Source: Gammaproteobacteria bacterium (GTDB taxonomy: Bacteria; Pseudomonadota; Gammaproteobacteria; Eutrophobiales; Eutrophobiaceae). From it: a stretch of 64,000 nt of DNA. A model generated the notes under the pieces. The model was not told the DNA's origin. It saw nothing but the letters and a program-made list of their open reading frames with translations, and searched no databases. The stretch spans positions 59,540 through 123,539 of the forward strand of contig JAJFKL010000021.1 in NCBI GenBank assembly GCA_021773235.1. The letters run 5' to 3'. The translations under genes and the position numbers were made by a program. Below, piece after piece: positions 40,222 through 49,805 of the stretch; the stretch's first letter is position 1; each line of letters opens with the position of its first letter.

Positions 40222-40266
40222 ACGGACAAGAAGCTGAGATGCGGCTTGGCGACATCAGTTGTCCGT
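40222..40266 (+). promoter_or_regulatory. Candidate structured RNA element in the pckG leader
   Basis: GC-rich island in AT-rich DNA: outer stem ACGGACAA/TTGTCCGT enclosing inner stem AAGCTG/CGGCTT. Confidence 0.35.
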
Positions 40267-40425
40267 ATTACATCATTATAATTTTAATAATTACAATTAG
40301 ATATATAAGCATCCTTCGTCTTAAAGTTAACAAATTTCAATAAAGCAGGGGTTTCTTTCTGGGAGATTCTGCTTTTATTTCTTATAGCTATTAAATTTAA
40401 ACAATCTAAAAAGAGGGAAACATTA

Positions 40426-42231
40426 ATGGCAACGCAAAATAAAAAATTGCTGACCTGGATCGACAATATGGCTGCCTTGTGTCAACCAGATAACATCGTA
40501 TGGTGTGATGGTTCAGATGCAGAATGGGACAGCATGTGGGATATCATGGTCAAAGGCGGTACCGCCAGAAAACTAAATGAGGACAAGCGTCCTAACAGCT
40601 ACCATGTTAATTCGATTCCTGCTGATGTAGCGCGAGTTGAGGATCGTACCTATATCTGTTCAGAGAAAGAAGAAGATGCTGGCCCGACAAATAACTGGGC
40701 TGATCCAACTGAAATGCGCAAGACAATGAACACTATGTTCACCGGGTGCATGAAAGGTCGCACCATGTATGTCATCCCTTTCAGCATGGGCCCTATCGGT
40801 TCTGATATAGCACAAATCGGAGTTGAAATATCAGATTCACCTTACGTCGTCGCAAACATGCATACCATGGCTAGAGTGGGTAATGCAGTACTTGATGTTT
40901 TAGGTGACGATGGCCACTTTGTTCCATGCCTACACTCAGTCGGTGTTCCATTAGCTAAAGGCGATAAAGACGCGCCGTGGCCTTGTAATCCAGACAATCG
41001 ATATATCGTTCATTATCCAGAGACCCGTGAAATCTGGTCTTTTGGTTCTGGTTATGGGGGTAATGCACTGCTAGGTAAGAAATGTTTTGCATTACGGATT
41101 GCATCTACCATGGCACGTGACGAAGGCTGGATGGCTGAGCACATGCTCATCCTGAAACTCACAAACCCTGAAGGCGATATTAAATACGTCGCCGGAGCTT
41201 TTCCAAGCGCTTGCGGTAAAACTAACCTTGCCATGCTGACGCCAACCATTCCCGGCTGGAAAGTTGAAACTATCGGCGACGATATTGCCTGGATGAAGTT
41301 TGGTGCAGATGGCCAACTCTATGCGATTAATCCTGAGGCAGGTTTCTTTGGTGTCGCGCCTGGTACTGGCATGGCCACAAACCCGAATGCAATGTTGTCT
41401 ATGGAGTCTAACGCTATTTTCACTAACGTAGGTGAAACTGATGATGGTGATGTTTGGTGGGAAGGTATGTCAAAAGAAGCACCTGCTCATTTAATTGATT
41501 GGAAAGGCAATGATTGGACACCAGAGTCAGATACCCCTTCCTCACATCCAAATGCGCGATTCACTGCTCGTGCTGGTCAATGCCCCGTCATTGCTGATGA
41601 ATGGGAAAATCCTAAAGGTGTTCCTATAAGTGCAATTTTATTCGGTGGTCGTCGTGCCTCTGTGGTGCCTTTGGCGACAGAATCATTGGATTGGAATCAC
41701 GGCACGTTCCTCGGCACTATTATCGCGTCTGAGATGACTGCGGCTGCTTTCGGAGCCATCGGCAAATTACGTCGTGACCCTATGGCAATGCTGCCCTTCT
41801 GCGGTTACAACATGGCAGATTACTGGGGCCATTGGTTAGAAATGGGTAAAACGGAAGGTGCAAAAATGCCTAAGGTTTACTACGTTAACTGGTTCCGTAA
41901 GAACGAAGCTGGCAAATTTATGTGGCCAGGCTTTGGCGAGAATAGTCGTGTACTAAAATGGGTCTTCGAACGATGTGCTGGCAGCGCTGATGCGATTGAA
42001 ACCGCAATAGGTAATATGCCAACATTAGATGCCATCGATTTTAGCGGTCTGGATATGACTGAAGATGACATTGCTAGCTTGATGCGTGTGGATACTGAAG
42101 GCTGGTTATCTGAGCTACAGGGTATCGAAGAATATTACGATACCTTTGGTGATCATTTGCCTGCAGAATTGCGAGCACAGGTTCAAGCCCTTCGAAACCG
42201 ACTTGAATCAACTCAACAAGCTGTAGCGTAA
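40426..42231 (+). CDS. pckG: Phosphoenolpyruvate carboxykinase (GTP)
   Basis: [75 protein letters not shown]. Confidence 0.97.
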   Translation: MATQNKKLLTWIDNMAALCQPDNIVWCDGSDAEWDSMWDIMVKGGTARKLNEDKRPNSYHVNSIPADVARVEDRTYICSEKEEDAGPTNNWADPTEMRKTMNTMFTGCMKGRTMYVIPFSMGPIGSDIAQIGVEISDSPYVVANMHTMARVGNAVLDVLGDDGHFVPCLHSVGVPLAKGDKDAPWPCNPDNRYIVHYPETREIWSFGSGYGGNALLGKKCFALRIASTMARDEGWMAEHMLILKLTNPEGDIKYVAGAFPSACGKTNLAMLTPTIPGWKVETIGDDIAWMKFGADGQLYAINPEAGFFGVAPGTGMATNPNAMLSMESNAIFTNVGETDDGDVWWEGMSKEAPAHLIDWKGNDWTPESDTPSSHPNARFTARAGQCPVIADEWENPKGVPISAILFGGRRASVVPLATESLDWNHGTFLGTIIASEMTAAAFGAIGKLRRDPMAMLPFCGYNMADYWGHWLEMGKTEGAKMPKVYYVNWFRKNEAGKFMWPGFGENSRVLKWVFERCAGSADAIETAIGNMPTLDAIDFSGLDMTEDDIASLMRVDTEGWLSELQGIEEYYDTFGDHLPAELRAQVQALRNRLESTQQAVA

Positions 42232-42252
42232 TTAATTTACGTAATCTGATTG

Positions 42253-42278
42253 AAGCCCGCCTTGTGCGGGCTTTTTTT
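42253..42278 (+). terminator. Rho-independent terminator of pckG
   Basis: AAGCCCGC-CTTGT-GCGGGCTTTTTTT. Confidence 0.88.
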
Positions 42279-42484
42279 ATGTACAGGATGTACTGTCAGG
42301 ATTTATGCTCCTGCACCAACAGTAGGCGCTTCAAGCGAATCCTAAGTACCTGCATCCATGCAGGCAATGCTGCGGGGGCATGGACCTCGGTATCCCCTTG
42401 AGGGGTGTGCGCAGGAGCAGCGATTTACAGGGACGTATTTGGTAGAGTCGAGTCTGGAACAGAGACCGAGGAGTCCGAAGCGAC
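42279..42484 (+). repeat. Modular REP/MITE-like intergenic element, copy B
   Basis: Exact motif sharing with copy A. Nested hairpins GTACA-GGA-TGTAC, CCTGCAT-CC-ATGCAGG, CCCC-TTGA-GGGG and long-range TGCTCCTGC (42306-42314) / GCAGGAGCA (42411-42419). Confidence 0.75.
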
Positions 42485-42551
42485 AATTTTAATGTGCCTT
42501 AGCCGGGACAGCTGCCATTAAGTATTTTTTAATTCAAGATGGGAACTACAA

Positions 42552-43487
42552 TCATGTAATTCCCATCATCAATAATATTGATGTCAAACTACTAGTATTA
42601 ATTTGATACGGCGTACCTGAACGAACAAGGGGCTTACCTTTATAGCCAACGCCTATACCTGCAGCTTGCAACATGGGTAAATCATTCGCTCCATCCCCAA
42701 CTGTACAAGCCTTCTCTAGTGAAATTGCTAATTGTTTAGCTTCTTCTTTGAGTACGTTTAATTTCGTATTCGCGTCAACAATGGGTTCCCGTACTTTTCC
42801 TGTTAATTTACCATTGGTAATTTCCGCCTTGTTACAAACATAATGATCAAAGCCCAAGTTTGCAGCTACTACTTTTACTATCGGCTCAAAACCACCACTG
42901 ACAAGCACCGTACGTATGCCGTGTTTCTGGGCCAAGTTAACCAGCTCTTCTGCACCAGGGTTAATTAGAACCTCTTCTGCAATCTCACTAAAAAGCTTCT
43001 CTGAAACACCTTTCAACAAACCAACGCGTTCATCTAGAGCTTTACGAAAATCCAATTCTCCTCGCATTGCTCTGGCAGTAATTTCACAAACCTGCTCCCC
43101 AATGCCAATACTCGCTGCAATATCGTCTAATGTCTCAGTTTGAACAATCGTGCTATCCATATCGCAAATTAAAAGTTTTTTCTTTCGTCCAGCAACCGGC
43201 AAAACAAAAACATCAGCATCTATGTTTAATACCAAAACCAGTAGTTTTTGAAATATTTCCCATGTACCTTGAGTTGTTGCTGAAATAAAAAACTCAGTCG
43301 CCTGTTTATCAGGCAACGTATTGATGGAATCAATAACGATATTGTTATCATCCAAAAGCTGTTGTGCTGATTTAACAACAGCGTCATTAGTCGGCAGTGA
43401 TACCAAGACAACAACAAATGCTGTTTCTGTATCCTCTGTTTCGTTTAATAACCAATAAGGGTTTGGAAAAGACATGGGCTCATTCAT
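42552..43487 (-). CDS. serB: Phosphoserine phosphatase
   Basis: HAD motifs CDMDST, VSGGF, GDGANDLPM; follows serA. Confidence 0.94.
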   Translation of the reverse strand: MNEPMSFPNPYWLLNETEDTETAFVVVLVSLPTNDAVVKSAQQLLDDNNIVIDSINTLPDKQATEFFISATTQGTWEIFQKLLVLVLNIDADVFVLPVAGRKKKLLICDMDSTIVQTETLDDIAASIGIGEQVCEITARAMRGELDFRKALDERVGLLKGVSEKLFSEIAEEVLINPGAEELVNLAQKHGIRTVLVSGGFEPIVKVVAANLGFDHYVCNKAEITNGKLTGKVREPIVDANTKLNVLKEEAKQLAISLEKACTVGDGANDLPMLQAAGIGVGYKGKPLVRSGTPYQINTSSLTSILLMMGIT

Positions 43488-45079
43488 AAAATTAATGAAT
43501 TGAAATTCAGATACTGTGCATCACGGATATGCTCAATTGCTCTTATGCCATCAAGATCTGTTGATTTAATTGGTGCGTCTATCTCAAGTAAAGAAATCGC
43601 ATCACCACGACTTTCCCTACGCCCAAGATGCATATTGGCAATATTAATATTTTGCTTGGCCGCAAAGTTACCAATCGCGCCTATCACCCCCGGTTCATCC
43701 TGATTAGTGATATACAGCATATGCTCACCAAATTCTGATTCTAACTTAATACCTTTAATTTCAATTAACCTAGGGCGATTCTGTATTAAGGTACCGCAAA
43801 CACTTCGTGTTTTATCTCCGGCTGTAATACTGATGGTGACGCGATTGTGATACACCTCTTCGAGATCTTCTTTTGCCTCAGTAACGTGTATACCTCTATC
43901 ACGTGCTACTTCACGCGCATTAACCACATTGATATCATTAAAGTGTGGTGCTAACACAGATTGCACAACCTGAGTGGTCAACGGTTCTACATTCAGCTTC
44001 GCTGCATCACCAGCAAACGTTACTGTTATTCCTTGAATTGCCGTATGACTTAGCTGGCCTGCAAATGCCCCCAGGTAATTGGTCAATTGAAAATAAGGTG
44101 CCAGCTGTCTCACTTCTTCTGCTGACAGGTTCGGTGCATTCAGTGCATTTTTTATAGAACCTTCTAAAAGGTAATCTGAGATTTGTTCAGCAATTTGTAC
44201 TGCAACTTTCTCTTGTGCTTCTGTTGTAGATGCACCGAGATGTGGTGTACAAATCACATTCTCCAATCCAAAGAGAGGATTTTCCTTTGCCGGTTCTTCC
44301 AGATAAACATCTAACGCTGCGCCTTTTAAATGGCCGCTTTCCAATGCAACACGCAATGCCAGCTCATCGACTAAACCACCGCGGGCGCAATTGATCAACA
44401 GAGCACCTTTCTTCATCTTATTAATCGCAGATGCACTGATGATATTTTCTGTCTCTGGCGTCTTCGGGACATGCAATGAAATAACATCAGAGGTAGTTAG
44501 TAATTCTTCCAGTTCTACTTTTTTAATACCCAGTGCATTAGCACGCTCTTCTGTTAAATAAGGATCATAGGCTTGAACCTTAAGACCAAAACCTATTGCC
44601 TTCTGTGCAACGATAGATCCGATATTGCCAGAACCTATAATGCCGAGCAGCTTGCCAGTTAATTCTACACCCATGTATTTAGACTTGGCCCAGGCACCTG
44701 CATGAGTCGTTTGGTTGGCCTGCGGGATATGCCGAGCCAAAGAAAACATCATCGCTAGTGCATGCTCCGCCGTAGTAATCGCATTACCCATGGGTGTATT
44801 CATAACCACAACACCTTTCCCTGTGCATGCCGGGACATTAATATTGTCAACACCGATCCCGGCACGACCGACAACTTTTAATTGCGTTGCGGCCTGTAAA
44901 ACCTTTTCTGTCACATTGGTTGAAGAACGTATCGCCAGACCATGAAAGTCAGGAATCATATCGAGCAGTTCTTCTTCTGTCATTTTCCCAGTTTGAACGA
45001 CTTCAATTCCTCGTTGTTCAAAGACATCTACTGCTTGACTAGACATAGGGTCGGAAATTAATACTCGTACTTTACTCAT
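43484..45079 (-). CDS. serA: D-3-phosphoglycerate dehydrogenase, long form (ASB + ACT domains)
   Basis: GRAGIGVDNI, NAITTAEH, GSGNIG, NCARGG, PHLGAST; C-terminal NQDEPGVIG...INIANMHLGR ACT domain. Confidence 0.95.
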   Translation of the reverse strand: MSKVRVLISDPMSSQAVDVFEQRGIEVVQTGKMTEEELLDMIPDFHGLAIRSSTNVTEKVLQAATQLKVVGRAGIGVDNINVPACTGKGVVVMNTPMGNAITTAEHALAMMFSLARHIPQANQTTHAGAWAKSKYMGVELTGKLLGIIGSGNIGSIVAQKAIGFGLKVQAYDPYLTEERANALGIKKVELEELLTTSDVISLHVPKTPETENIISASAINKMKKGALLINCARGGLVDELALRVALESGHLKGAALDVYLEEPAKENPLFGLENVICTPHLGASTTEAQEKVAVQIAEQISDYLLEGSIKNALNAPNLSAEEVRQLAPYFQLTNYLGAFAGQLSHTAIQGITVTFAGDAAKLNVEPLTTQVVQSVLAPHFNDINVVNAREVARDRGIHVTEAKEDLEEVYHNRVTISITAGDKTRSVCGTLIQNRPRLIEIKGIKLESEFGEHMLYITNQDEPGVIGAIGNFAAKQNINIANMHLGRRESRGDAISLLEIDAPIKSTDLDGIRAIEHIRDAQYLNFNSLIL

Positions 45080-46275
45080 GATACTTCTCCTGAATTTAAT
45101 TCTTCATTTATCCAACGCGCATATGCCCAATCTAGCCACGGCATTAATTTTTCCAGATCAGTCGCTTCAACTGTTGCGCCACCCCATATTCGAAAACCTG
45201 TGGGTGCACTACGATAAGCGGCTATATCATAAGCAACGTCTTCTTCTTCCAACCATTGACACATTAAACCAACCGCTGTTTGTTGTTGTTCGTCACTTAA
45301 GATTGAAAATTCTTTGGACACAAGCTTTAAACACATTGACGTGGTAGATAATGTTTCTGATTTATTTGGCAACCAATCTATCCATTCGGTTTCACTCACC
45401 CAAGTATCCACGGCCTTAAAATTATCATCACAGCGTTGAATCAGTGCGGGTAGTCCACCAATCGATTCAGCCCAACTTAATGCCGAGTGCAGATCCTCCA
45501 GCGCCAACATACTAGGTGTATTTAATGTCGCACCTTTAAACACGCCTGAAGTCACTTTGCCGCTCTTGGTAATGCGAAAGATCTTCGGTAATGGTCGCGG
45601 TGGTTGATAATTTTCTAGACGCTTAATAGCCTTTGGACTTAAAGCTAGCATCCCGAATCCCCCTTCACTACCCAATACTTTTTGCCAAGACCAGGTAACA
45701 ACATCGAGCTTTTTATAATCCATTTCCATGGCAAATGCTGCAGAAGTAGCATCACAAAAAACAATGCCTTTTTGATCTGGAGAGATCCAGTTCAAATCAG
45801 GAACTCGAACGCCACTAGTCGTGCCGTTATAAACGAAGACGATATCGCGATCAGTTTTTGCCTGAGTTAAATCTGGCAAATCACCGTAGTCAGCTTGATA
45901 TATATTCAGATCATCAATCTTCAATTGATTCTTAATGTCACCAGCCCAATCACTGGAAAAACTTTCCCAGACAAAGACATCGACACCGCATTGCCCGAGC
46001 ATCGACCATAAGGCCAATTCAAAGGCTCCGGTGTCAGAAGCAGGCACGATCGCGAGTTGCCAATCATCAGGTAAACCTAATAATTTAGCCGAATGCGAGA
46101 TGGCTTCTTGTAAACGTGATTTTGGGATTGAGGCTCGATGACTTCGGCCAAGATTACTGACAGAAAGGTTAGAAAGATTCCAACCTGGATGTTTTTTACA
46201 CGGTCCGGATGAAAAACGAGGATCGTCCGGCCGCAATGCAGGCTTTTCACAAAGCCGTTTAGCAGATGCGTTCAT
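45076..46275 (-). CDS. serC: Phosphoserine aminotransferase, Methanosarcina/alphaproteobacterial type (TIGR01365-like)
   Basis: RFSSGPCKKHPGW, GRSHR, PASDTGAFE, NGTTSGVRVP, DATSAAFA, SWQKVLG, RIWGGATVE. Confidence 0.92.
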   Translation of the reverse strand: MNASAKRLCEKPALRPDDPRFSSGPCKKHPGWNLSNLSVSNLGRSHRASIPKSRLQEAISHSAKLLGLPDDWQLAIVPASDTGAFELALWSMLGQCGVDVFVWESFSSDWAGDIKNQLKIDDLNIYQADYGDLPDLTQAKTDRDIVFVYNGTTSGVRVPDLNWISPDQKGIVFCDATSAAFAMEMDYKKLDVVTWSWQKVLGSEGGFGMLALSPKAIKRLENYQPPRPLPKIFRITKSGKVTSGVFKGATLNTPSMLALEDLHSALSWAESIGGLPALIQRCDDNFKAVDTWVSETEWIDWLPNKSETLSTTSMCLKLVSKEFSILSDEQQQTAVGLMCQWLEEEDVAYDIAAYRSAPTGFRIWGGATVEATDLEKLMPWLDWAYARWINEELNSGEVS

Positions 46276-46467
46276 TGTCTAATCTCTAATTAGTCGACGG
46301 TTTGCTCCGTCAGGCACGGAAAATACTATCTGAATTTGGCAAGAATGCAAAAATTATTTTTTTATTTGTAAAAGGATTGATATTGCTTTGAGCATTAAAT
46401 TCACTTAATCTGCTGCGTCGCATCATTAATTAAAATATTAATCAAGTCTAAAGGTATCAGTGAAACC

Positions 46468-48654
46468 ATGGCCATTGAAACTGAAAACTACGTTACAGCA
46501 GGAAAGCTACAGATCAAAAAAAGTCTCTATGAACTCGTAAAAAAAGAGATCGCGCCAAAAACAGAAGTTACGAGCAAAAACTTCTGGGCATCACTAGAGA
46601 AAATACTTTCCGACTTCATGCCAAGAAATGCAGCGTTATTAAAAAAACGCGATGATTTACAAAAAAAGATAGATGCTTGGCATATTGAACATCGTGGAAA
46701 AAAACATAAGCCTGCAGCCTATAAAAAGTTCCTGAAAGAAATCGGTTATCTAGTCGATGAAGTTGAAGATTTTAATATTAATACTGAAAATGTTGATGAT
46801 GAAATTGCACTTGTACCGGGCCCTCAACTTGTCGTTCCATTAGATAACGCCCGTTATGTTTTAAATGCCGTTAATGCGCGTTGGGGTAGTTTATATGACG
46901 CCTCTTATACGACTGACACCATTCCACAAGGAAATGGTTGTAGAAATATCAAAAAATATAATCCCATCCGAGGTGATCGTGTTATTGAGCGTGGACGAAA
47001 CCTGCTTGATAGACATTTTGCATTGGAAAGAGATACACACAAGCATGTGACGCAATATCTTATAAGAAATAATCAACTCGTAGTGCATTTCGGCGACGGC
47101 ACTGAAACAACATTACTCAAACCACAGCAGTTTGTAGGATATACCGGTAAACCAGACAACCCCGACTCGGTGCTTCTCTCCCATCATAATTTACATGTGG
47201 AGATCAAATTTGGTGATGGCCTATTTATTGGTCGCCGCGACCATGCCAAGATTTATGATATACATATTGAGTCTGCTATCACTGCGATCATGGATTGTGA
47301 AGACTCAGTTGCCTCTGTCGATACAGAAGATAAATTAAAAGTTTATCGTAACTGGTTAGGTCTTATGAAAGGCACCTTAGTTCGTTCAGTTGAAAAAGAT
47401 GATAAAACGATCGAACGTGCCATGGAACCAGATAAAAAGTTCATTGGGTCAGGTGGCAAACCTGTAATTAAAAAGGGGCGAAGCCTGATGTTGGTGCGTA
47501 ATGTTGGCAGCCAACTTTATACCGATATGGTTTTGTTTAATGGAAAGCAGGTTCCTGAGACAATGGTAGACTTAATGGTCACATCACTTTGTGCTATCCA
47601 TGATTTAAACGGTACTTCAAAACGTCCAAACAGCTTAAAAGGCTCTGTGTATATTGTTAAACCGAAGATGCATGGCCCCGATGAAGTTGCTTTTGCTAAT
47701 GAATTATTCGCGCGCGCTGAAGAAGCACTCAATTTATCTAAAAATACCTTAAAAATGGGCATCATGGATGAAGAACGCCGTACCTCAGTTAATCTGAAAG
47801 CATGTATAAAGGCAGTGAGTGAACGTCTGGTTTTCATCAACACCGGCTTTTTGGATCGTACTGGTGATGATATCCACACGAATATGGAAGCAGGTCCTAT
47901 CGTACCTAAGGGAGAGATCAAACAGGCTAAATGGTTACATGCCTATGAAGAATCCAATGTCCAGATCGGCCTTGAATGTGGTTTGAAAGATAAAGCACAG
48001 ATTGGTAAAGGCATGTGGGCAATGCCTGAAGAAATGCAGAATATGATGAAGGCCAAGATTCAACATCTTAAGGCAGGTGCCAATACATCCTGGGTGCCTT
48101 CACCAGTTGCAGCAACATTACACTCTATTCATTACCATCGTCTCAACGTTAAAAGCAGACAAGATGCCTTGATGACTGCAGCCAAGGTACCGGTAGATGA
48201 TATTCTCGATATTCCAGTGATGGATAAAAAACGTAAATTATCCGCGCTGGAGATACGCCATGAACTGGAGAACAATGCACAAGGCATACTCGGTTATGTA
48301 TCACGATGGGTAGGCCAAGGTGTCGGTTGTTCCAAGGTACCAGACATCAATGATGTTGCATTGATGGAAGATTGTGCGACCTTAAGAATATCGAGTCAGC
48401 ATATTGCAAACTGGTTGCATCATGGCATCGTTACCAAAGAAGAAGTGCGTGATGCAATGAAACGAATGGCAGTGATAGTTGACCGACAAAACCGTGACGA
48501 TAAAAACTATGAGCCGATGTCCAAAGATTTCAAGACCAGTGTGCCATTTATAGCTGCTCTCGATCTGGTTCTAAAAGGTCGTAAACAAGCAAACGGTTAT
48601 ACTGAATTTATTCTGTATAAACGACGACAAGAACAAAAAGCGTTGGCCCAATAA
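46468..48654 (+). CDS. glcB: Malate synthase G
   Basis: GPQLVVP, NARWGSLYDA, MDCEDS, RNVG, VKPKMHGP, GIMDEERRT, NTGFLDRTGD, GCSKVPD. Confidence 0.94.
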   Translation: MAIETENYVTAGKLQIKKSLYELVKKEIAPKTEVTSKNFWASLEKILSDFMPRNAALLKKRDDLQKKIDAWHIEHRGKKHKPAAYKKFLKEIGYLVDEVEDFNINTENVDDEIALVPGPQLVVPLDNARYVLNAVNARWGSLYDASYTTDTIPQGNGCRNIKKYNPIRGDRVIERGRNLLDRHFALERDTHKHVTQYLIRNNQLVVHFGDGTETTLLKPQQFVGYTGKPDNPDSVLLSHHNLHVEIKFGDGLFIGRRDHAKIYDIHIESAITAIMDCEDSVASVDTEDKLKVYRNWLGLMKGTLVRSVEKDDKTIERAMEPDKKFIGSGGKPVIKKGRSLMLVRNVGSQLYTDMVLFNGKQVPETMVDLMVTSLCAIHDLNGTSKRPNSLKGSVYIVKPKMHGPDEVAFANELFARAEEALNLSKNTLKMGIMDEERRTSVNLKACIKAVSERLVFINTGFLDRTGDDIHTNMEAGPIVPKGEIKQAKWLHAYEESNVQIGLECGLKDKAQIGKGMWAMPEEMQNMMKAKIQHLKAGANTSWVPSPVAATLHSIHYHRLNVKSRQDALMTAAKVPVDDILDIPVMDKKRKLSALEIRHELENNAQGILGYVSRWVGQGVGCSKVPDINDVALMEDCATLRISSQHIANWLHHGIVTKEEVRDAMKRMAVIVDRQNRDDKNYEPMSKDFKTSVPFIAALDLVLKGRKQANGYTEFILYKRRQEQKALAQ

Positions 48655-48668
48655 AAGCTATTTAAATA

Positions 48669-48693
48669 AATACTCCCTCTATGAGGGAGTATT
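48669..48693. terminator. Probable bidirectional terminator between glcB and the PfkB kinase gene
   Basis: AATACTCCCTC-TAT-GAGGGAGTATT 11-bp stem between convergent stop codons. Confidence 0.75.
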
Positions 48694-48697
48694 GTTC

Positions 48698-49633
48698 TTA
48701 AAGACTAAATCCAAATTCTTTTTCAAACTTCACTTTAAACTCATCAAGTGTAAATGAATGGTTTTGTGTTCCATGCTGTGCAATTTTTATTGAACCCATG
48801 AGTGATGCAATCCTGCCAGTCGTTTCCCAATCCATATCGTTAGTTAAACCATAGAGTAAACCTGCACGGTAAGCATCACCACAACCTGTGGGATCAGTAA
48901 TTGATTCTGGTTTTACACAAGGGATATCGATTTGTTTTTCTTTGGTGTAGATAGTTGAACCATCACCGCCACGAGTAACAATCAAGGCATCAACCTGTGC
49001 TGAAATTTCATCTGCTGTCAGGCCAGATTTATCTTGCATCATCTGCCATTCATAATCGTTGACCGTTACCCATGTCGCTTTTTTGATAAACTGAGAAAGT
49101 TCATCACCATTAAACATGGGCATTCCCTGACCTGGATCGAAGATGAATGGTATGCCGGCAGCTGCGAATTGATCCGCATGTTGTAACATACCATCTCGAC
49201 CATCCGGCGATATGATGCCTAATTTACAATCTTTAGCATCGGCAACTTTATTTTGATGTGATTCATTCATCGCACCCGGATGGAATGCTGTAATCTGATT
49301 ATCATCCAGATCTGTCGTAATGAATGCCTGTCCAGTAAATGCCTCATCAATAACTGTAATGTGTTGTCGATTCATGCCGCGCTTATCCATCCAATAAGCA
49401 TAGGGATCAAAATCCTTTCCAACTGTGGCCATAGGCAACGCAATTTTGTCATCAAGCAGATTAAGATTGTAAGCTATATTCCCGGCACAACCACCAAACT
49501 CGCGACGCATCTCGGGGACAAGAAACGAGACATTTATCATATGCACTTTCTCTGGAAGGATATGATTTTTAAACTGATCGGGAAATATCATAATATGGTC
49601 ATACGCCATCGACCCACAAATCAAAACACTCAT
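48698..49633 (-). CDS. PfkB-family carbohydrate/nucleoside kinase (adenosine kinase-like)
   Basis: GGCAGNIAY, FDPGQ, DPTGCGDAYRAG PfkB signature. Confidence 0.9.
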   Translation of the reverse strand: MSVLICGSMAYDHIMIFPDQFKNHILPEKVHMINVSFLVPEMRREFGGCAGNIAYNLNLLDDKIALPMATVGKDFDPYAYWMDKRGMNRQHITVIDEAFTGQAFITTDLDDNQITAFHPGAMNESHQNKVADAKDCKLGIISPDGRDGMLQHADQFAAAGIPFIFDPGQGMPMFNGDELSQFIKKATWVTVNDYEWQMMQDKSGLTADEISAQVDALIVTRGGDGSTIYTKEKQIDIPCVKPESITDPTGCGDAYRAGLLYGLTNDMDWETTGRIASLMGSIKIAQHGTQNHSFTLDEFKVKFEKEFGFSL

Positions 49634-49805
49634 AAATTTAGAACCCTTTGCTATTAATTATTGAATACCACTAATTAAATAAAATTAATGGTGAATAAGA
49701 TTAGTTATAATGTGCAATATATCACCCCTAAAGAGGCCTGTTAATTTTATTTTTTAATTTAGTTAATGTACCGTTAAACATGAAAAATATTCGTGATTTA
49801 AGACC

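Noticed and set aside
42279-42484. CRISPR array, tRNA or known ribozyme
   Set aside because: No regularly spaced repeats, no cas genes, no cloverleaf and no ribozyme core that I recognise.
46337-46352. sigma54 promoter for glcB (TGGCAAGAATGCA)
   Set aside because: GG-to-GC spacing is 7 bp rather than the required 10.
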